Source of the DNA: Planctomycetota bacterium
GTDB lineage: Bacteria; Planctomycetota; GCA-002687715; DRQF01
Length of the DNA stretch: 64,000 nucleotides
Direction of reading: 5' to 3'
Assembly (NCBI GenBank): GCA_047639315.1
Contig: JBLINQ010000005.1
Coordinates: 337 to 64,336 of the forward strand
In this document: positions 58,826 through 64,000 of the stretch, piece after piece
Layout: every line of letters begins with the position of its first letter
How positions within the stretch are numbered: position 1 is the first letter of the stretch
Program-made: the position numbers and the translations under genes
Notes under the pieces: model-generated
Seen by the model: only the letters and a program-made list of their open reading frames with translations
Told to the model about the DNA's origin: nothing
The model's database searches: none

Positions 58826-60315
58826 TAGCTCATCCAGTTCTGATCTTGTTGGAGGGCCCACTTCGTTGTGATCTTGCGTTGGCGACTCCAGAACCGATAA
58901 CCATCCCAGCCAGTGATGTTGCCATGCCCAAACTTCGAATCGTTCCAGCCACCGAAGCCAAATGGTTCGCGCGGCACAGGAACCCCGACGTTGACGCCGC
59001 ACATCCCTGCTTCAAGTTCGTTCATGACACGCCGCGCGACATCGCCGCTGGTGGTGTAGACAGCCGCGCCATTGCCATAGGGGTTGGCATTCTCGAGAGC
59101 AATGGCGCTGTCGAGATTGGGCACGCGCACAATCGACAAGACTGGCCCAAAAATCTCTTCGCACGCGGCTGGCATGTCACCGGTCACGTGATCAAGAATG
59201 GTCGGCCCTACCCAATAGCCACCAGGCACTGGGTTCGCCGCTCTGCCGTCAACGAGAACCTTGGCACCTGAAGCCTCGGCCGCATCAATATAGCCGCGAA
59301 TACGTTTAACTCCGGCAGCATTGGTAATCGGGCCGACGTCAATACCAGCTTGTAACTGGCTGGCACGGATCGTGATCTTATCAATCAGGTGATCAACGTC
59401 ACCGACCGCAACCATCACACTTGCCGCCATGCACCGCTGACCGGCACATCCGGTAAAGGAGGCAACGACATTTTCGGTGGTAAGTTGGACATCGGCGTCA
59501 GGAACGACAATCAGATGGTTCTTAGCACCGCCCAAGCATAAGGCTCGTTTTCCTGTGGATGCGGCGCGACTATAGACCGAGCGAGCAACCGCAGTTGATC
59601 CGACGAAGGCGAAGGCAGCGATTCCTGGATGGTCACACAATGCCTCAACAACTTCTCTTCCGCCCTGCACAATGTTGAACACGCCATCTGGCAAACCAGC
59701 CTCGGCGAAGAGTTCGGCCAGGCGTACGGCAGAGAGAGGCACCTGCTCGGATGGCTTGAGAATGAAGCTGTTACCAGCAACAAGAGCTTGCGGCAGCATC
59801 CAAAGCGGAACCATATTCGGGAAATTGAATGGCGTGACACCAGCAACCACTCCCAATGGAGCGTAGGCAACCTCGCATGTAACGCCACGACTCACTTCCA
59901 ACTGATTACCGGCCGCCAAGTTTGGCAAAGAGCAACCATACTCCAAGCACTCAATACCCTTCATGACTTCGGCTTCGGCCTCGCCATAGGTCTTGCCGTT
60001 TTCATGAGACACAAGCCATGAAAGCTCTTCTAAGTTGGCCAGCAGTAGTTCGCGAACGCGATACAAGATCTGTGCTCGCTCTCGGATCGGCCAGTCTTTC
60101 CATGAAAGTTGAGCGGCAGTAGCAGCGCGCACAGCGTCATCAACGTCTTGTGGGCCGCTCATCTTAACCTGCGCCATCGGACGACCGTGCCTTGGATTAA
60201 TAATATCCAACGTGGCGGCATCCTGTCTCGGCTGGCAGACCGCTCCGTCAATGACGTTCGAAGCATTCTGCACCGGAGTAAAGTCGTAATTTGTTGCGGA
60301 GAATACGTTTGACAT
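58825..60315 (-). CDS. mmsA: CoA-acylating (methyl)malonate-semialdehyde dehydrogenase
   Basis: Aldehyde dehydrogenase family with catalytic Cys context FTGCAGQRCMA and MmsA-like length (496 aa from the ATG at 60315). Confidence 0.85.
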   Translation of the reverse strand: MSNVFSATNYDFTPVQNASNVIDGAVCQPRQDAATLDIINPRHGRPMAQVKMSGPQDVDDAVRAATAAQLSWKDWPIRERAQILYRVRELLLANLEELSWLVSHENGKTYGEAEAEVMKGIECLEYGCSLPNLAAGNQLEVSRGVTCEVAYAPLGVVAGVTPFNFPNMVPLWMLPQALVAGNSFILKPSEQVPLSAVRLAELFAEAGLPDGVFNIVQGGREVVEALCDHPGIAAFAFVGSTAVARSVYSRAASTGKRALCLGGAKNHLIVVPDADVQLTTENVVASFTGCAGQRCMAASVMVAVGDVDHLIDKITIRASQLQAGIDVGPITNAAGVKRIRGYIDAAEASGAKVLVDGRAANPVPGGYWVGPTILDHVTGDMPAACEEIFGPVLSIVRVPNLDSAIALENANPYGNGAAVYTTSGDVARRVMNELEAGMCGVNVGVPVPREPFGFGGWNDSKFGHGNITGWDGYRFWSRQRKITTKWALQQDQNWMS

Positions 60316-60317
60316 GA

Positions 60318-61804
60318 TCACGAGTCCTTGGAGGTTGAAAGCGAATGACCTAGCACCTTCATCAGCACGAAATGCGTGACGGCGGCAATGAAAAATCCGA
60401 CGAACCAAGCGTAAGTATAGATTTGGTCGAAGAAGTCGAGAGCCGGGAACGACTCAATCACTTCGATTTGGTGGAGAAAACCGGGGAGATTCGGAGCAAT
60501 GGCCACCACCAACGCCACCATCGCGGCAGGATTGAAACCTCCCAAATAGCGATAGGCACCATCGCGTCGATAGAGGCTATCAACATCAAGTTCAGTCTTT
60601 CGCACGAGGAAATAGTCAGCGACCAAAATCCCGCCGATGGGCCCCAGAAGTGCCGAGTAGCCGATGAGCCAAGTAAAGATATAGCCCGATGAATCGGCCA
60701 TTAATTTCCATGGCATCATCGCGATTCCCAAACCAGCCGTGACATAGCCACCCAGTTGGAATGAGATCTTCTGAGGATTGATATTGATGAAGGCGTTAGC
60801 GGGAGAAACGACGTTGGCAGCGATGTTCGTTGACAGCGTGGCGATGGTGAGCGCGAACAAACTAAACGCGACCGTGAACCCGCCTCCCATCTTGCCGAGG
60901 AGAACAGTAGGGTCCCAAATCGTCTCGCCATAAATCACAGTAGTGGCACTGGTCACGGCCACACCGATGAAAGCAAACAGTGTCATGGTCGTCGGCAAAC
61001 CGATGGCCTGCCCCATGATTTGATCGCGCTGGCTTTTGGCGTAACGAGTGAAGTCAGGAATGTTCAAGCTCAGAGTGGCCCAGAACCCCACCATCGCAGT
61101 CAGGCCCGGAAAGAAGACCGACCAAAACTCCCCCTCTTTCGGTTGCCCCTCAGCAAACTGGCTGGGCGTGCTGAGCATCGCACCGAAGCCACCGGCTTTG
61201 AAGTAGGCCCAAACGAGAAGAGCTATCCCCATCAGAATGAGAAAGGGGGCGGCCCATGTCTCGAGCAGCCGAATCGACTCTACGCCTTTGTAGATGATGA
61301 CAATCTGGACGGCCCAGAAAGCAAGAAAGCAACACAGCTGTGCAGCATTGATTCCTAAGGCGACGATAGGTTCGCCAATGAGCGCTCCATCACTCACGCC
61401 ATTGATGAGCTGATAGATGGAAGAGCCACCGACCCAAGTCTGAATGCCAAACCAGCCGCAAGCGACAAGGGCTCGAAGCATCGATGGGATGTGGGCTCCA
61501 TTAATGCCGAATGACGCACGCGCCAAGACTGGGAACGGCACGCCATATTTGGTGCCAGGATGACCATTGAGAATCATCGGCGCCAAGACAATGACGTTGC
61601 CTAAGAGAACAGTGATAACCGCTTGCGACCAATTCATCCCCTGGGAGATGAGCCCTGCGGCCAGCATATAAGTGGGCACACAGACAACCATCCCAACCCA
61701 CAGACTCGCCATGTTGACGACAGACCACGTGCTTTCTTCCTGCGTCGTCGGGCGGATGTCGTCGTTGATGAGGGTTGGGTCTGGGTTCTTAGGTTGCTGG
61801 CGCA

Positions 61805-61805
<1 letters not shown>
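60318..61805 (-). CDS. NCS1-family nucleobase/hydantoin:cation symporter
   Basis: 495 aa, 12 TM segments. The N-terminus NDDIRPTTQEESTWSVVNMASLWVGM is typical of NCS1 permeases. Confidence 0.85.
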
Positions 61806-63256
<1,451 letters not shown>

Positions 63257-64000
63257 TTAGTTCTCCTCGAAAATCTCATCGTAAGCCTCAGGACGGCGAT
63301 CGCGGTAGAACTGCCAGGTCGAACGCACTTCATCGATAACGGCCATGTCGAGGTCGCTTACGAGTAATTCGTCGTTGTCCTCAGATGCCTCCGAGGTGAT
63401 TTGGCCCAGCGGGTTAACGAAGTAACTGGTGCCATAGAACTTCCCGATGTTCCATGGGGCTTCGGTACCGACGCGATTGATGCAACCCATGTAGTAGCCG
63501 TTGGCAACAGCATGAGCTGGCTGCTCAATCTTCCATAGGTGTTGCGAAAGCCCGGCAACGGTTGCCGAAGGATTGAAGACGATCTCAGCACCATTGAGCC
63601 CTAAGCACCGTGCCCCTTCTGGAAAGTGACGGTCATAGCAGATGTAGATACCGACCTTGGCATAGCGCGTCTCGAAGACCGGGTAGCCACCAGTTCCGGG
63701 CTTGAAGTAGAACTTCTCGTAGAAGCCGGGATTTACTTGAGGAATGTGCTGCTTGCGGTATCGGCCAAGAATGGTTCCGTCGGCATCGATGACAAAGGCT
63801 GTGTTGTAAAACACCCCAGCCATCACCTTCTCGTAGATCGGAACGACGATGACCATTTCATACTTCTTGGCGTATTCAACCATGAGCTGAACACTTGGAA
63901 ACGGATCTTCTTCGGCCGCTTCATACCAACGCACGTCTTGGCTTGGACAAAAGTAAGGGCCGTTGAAAATTTCTTGGAGGCAAAGAATCTGTACGCCCTT
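63257..64000 (-). CDS. beta-ureidopropionase (N-carbamoyl-beta-alanine amidohydrolase, nitrilase superfamily); the 5' end lies outside the window
   Basis: The frame is open to the window edge (..KGVQILCLQEIFNGPYFCPSQD..). The catalytic Cys context is GIYICYDRHFPE. The stop abuts the dihydropyrimidinase start. Confidence 0.85.
   Translation of the reverse strand, partial: KGVQILCLQEIFNGPYFCPSQDVRWYEAAEEDPFPSVQLMVEYAKKYEMVIVVPIYEKVMAGVFYNTAFVIDADGTILGRYRKQHIPQVNPGFYEKFYFKPGTGGYPVFETRYAKVGIYICYDRHFPEGARCLGLNGAEIVFNPSATVAGLSQHLWKIEQPAHAVANGYYMGCINRVGTEAPWNIGKFYGTSYFVNPLGQITSEASEDNDELLVSDLDMAVIDEVRSTWQFYRDRRPEAYDEIFEEN

Noticed and set aside
59003-60408. Track starts for the aminotransferase (59002) and mmsA (60408)
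   Set aside because: Both extensions overlap the upstream genes and translate to Arg/Trp-rich non-homologous sequence. Internal ATGs at 58825 and 60315 give family-typical N-termini and tight operon junctions.

Overview
This is a 64-kb chromosomal segment of moderate GC content, gene-dense on both strands, with many 1-4 nt gene overlaps. The domain repertoire includes a LamG relic, a DUF4388/PATAN protein, an SBBP beta-propeller protein, very large multidomain ORFs and a PQQ-dehydrogenase/cytochrome c fusion. I read that as consistent with a PVC-group bacterium (Planctomycetota-like); this is inference only. Most of the window is ordinary metabolism and stress genes. These are an OYE flavoenzyme, an exported-looking KatG, a VOC protein, a SASA esterase and an AlkD-like protein. 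There is also the glycine cleavage operon gcvT-gcvH-gcvPA-gcvPB plus a lipoate ligase, and an epimerase/acyl-CoA carboxylase operon with split BC and BCCP subunits. Hsp33, AnmK, an NtrC-family regulator and tRNA-Thr(CGU) are present. A tightly coupled reductive pyrimidine-catabolism operon runs off the right edge: beta-ureidopropionase, dihydropyrimidinase, NCS1 permease, MmsA, aminotransferase. Four things need a second look. (1) A REP-associated tyrosine transposase (RAYT) gene is bracketed by perfect, inverted tandem doublets of a REP-like repeat (a 'REPtron'). Related REP-like copies lie at about 14.3-14.9 kb, and a nested repeat array lies at about 56.2-56.7 kb. (2) A 1420-aa protein carries a textbook S1-S4 voltage-sensor module but no recognisable pore, and sits 3 nt downstream of a DASS/SLC13 transporter gene. 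(3) A two-gene module pairs a DUF4388-TPR-TM-beta-propeller protein (1067 aa) with a membrane-anchored MglA-like protein whose GTPase motifs are degenerate. (4) Smaller oddities include a LamG relic broken only by three in-frame stops, a T9G9 tract, triplicated DoxX genes with twin mini-proteins, and a gcvPB with no ATG or GTG start. No CRISPR array, rRNA, prophage or recognisable defence system was seen. All family assignments come from motif recognition by eye, not from database searches.
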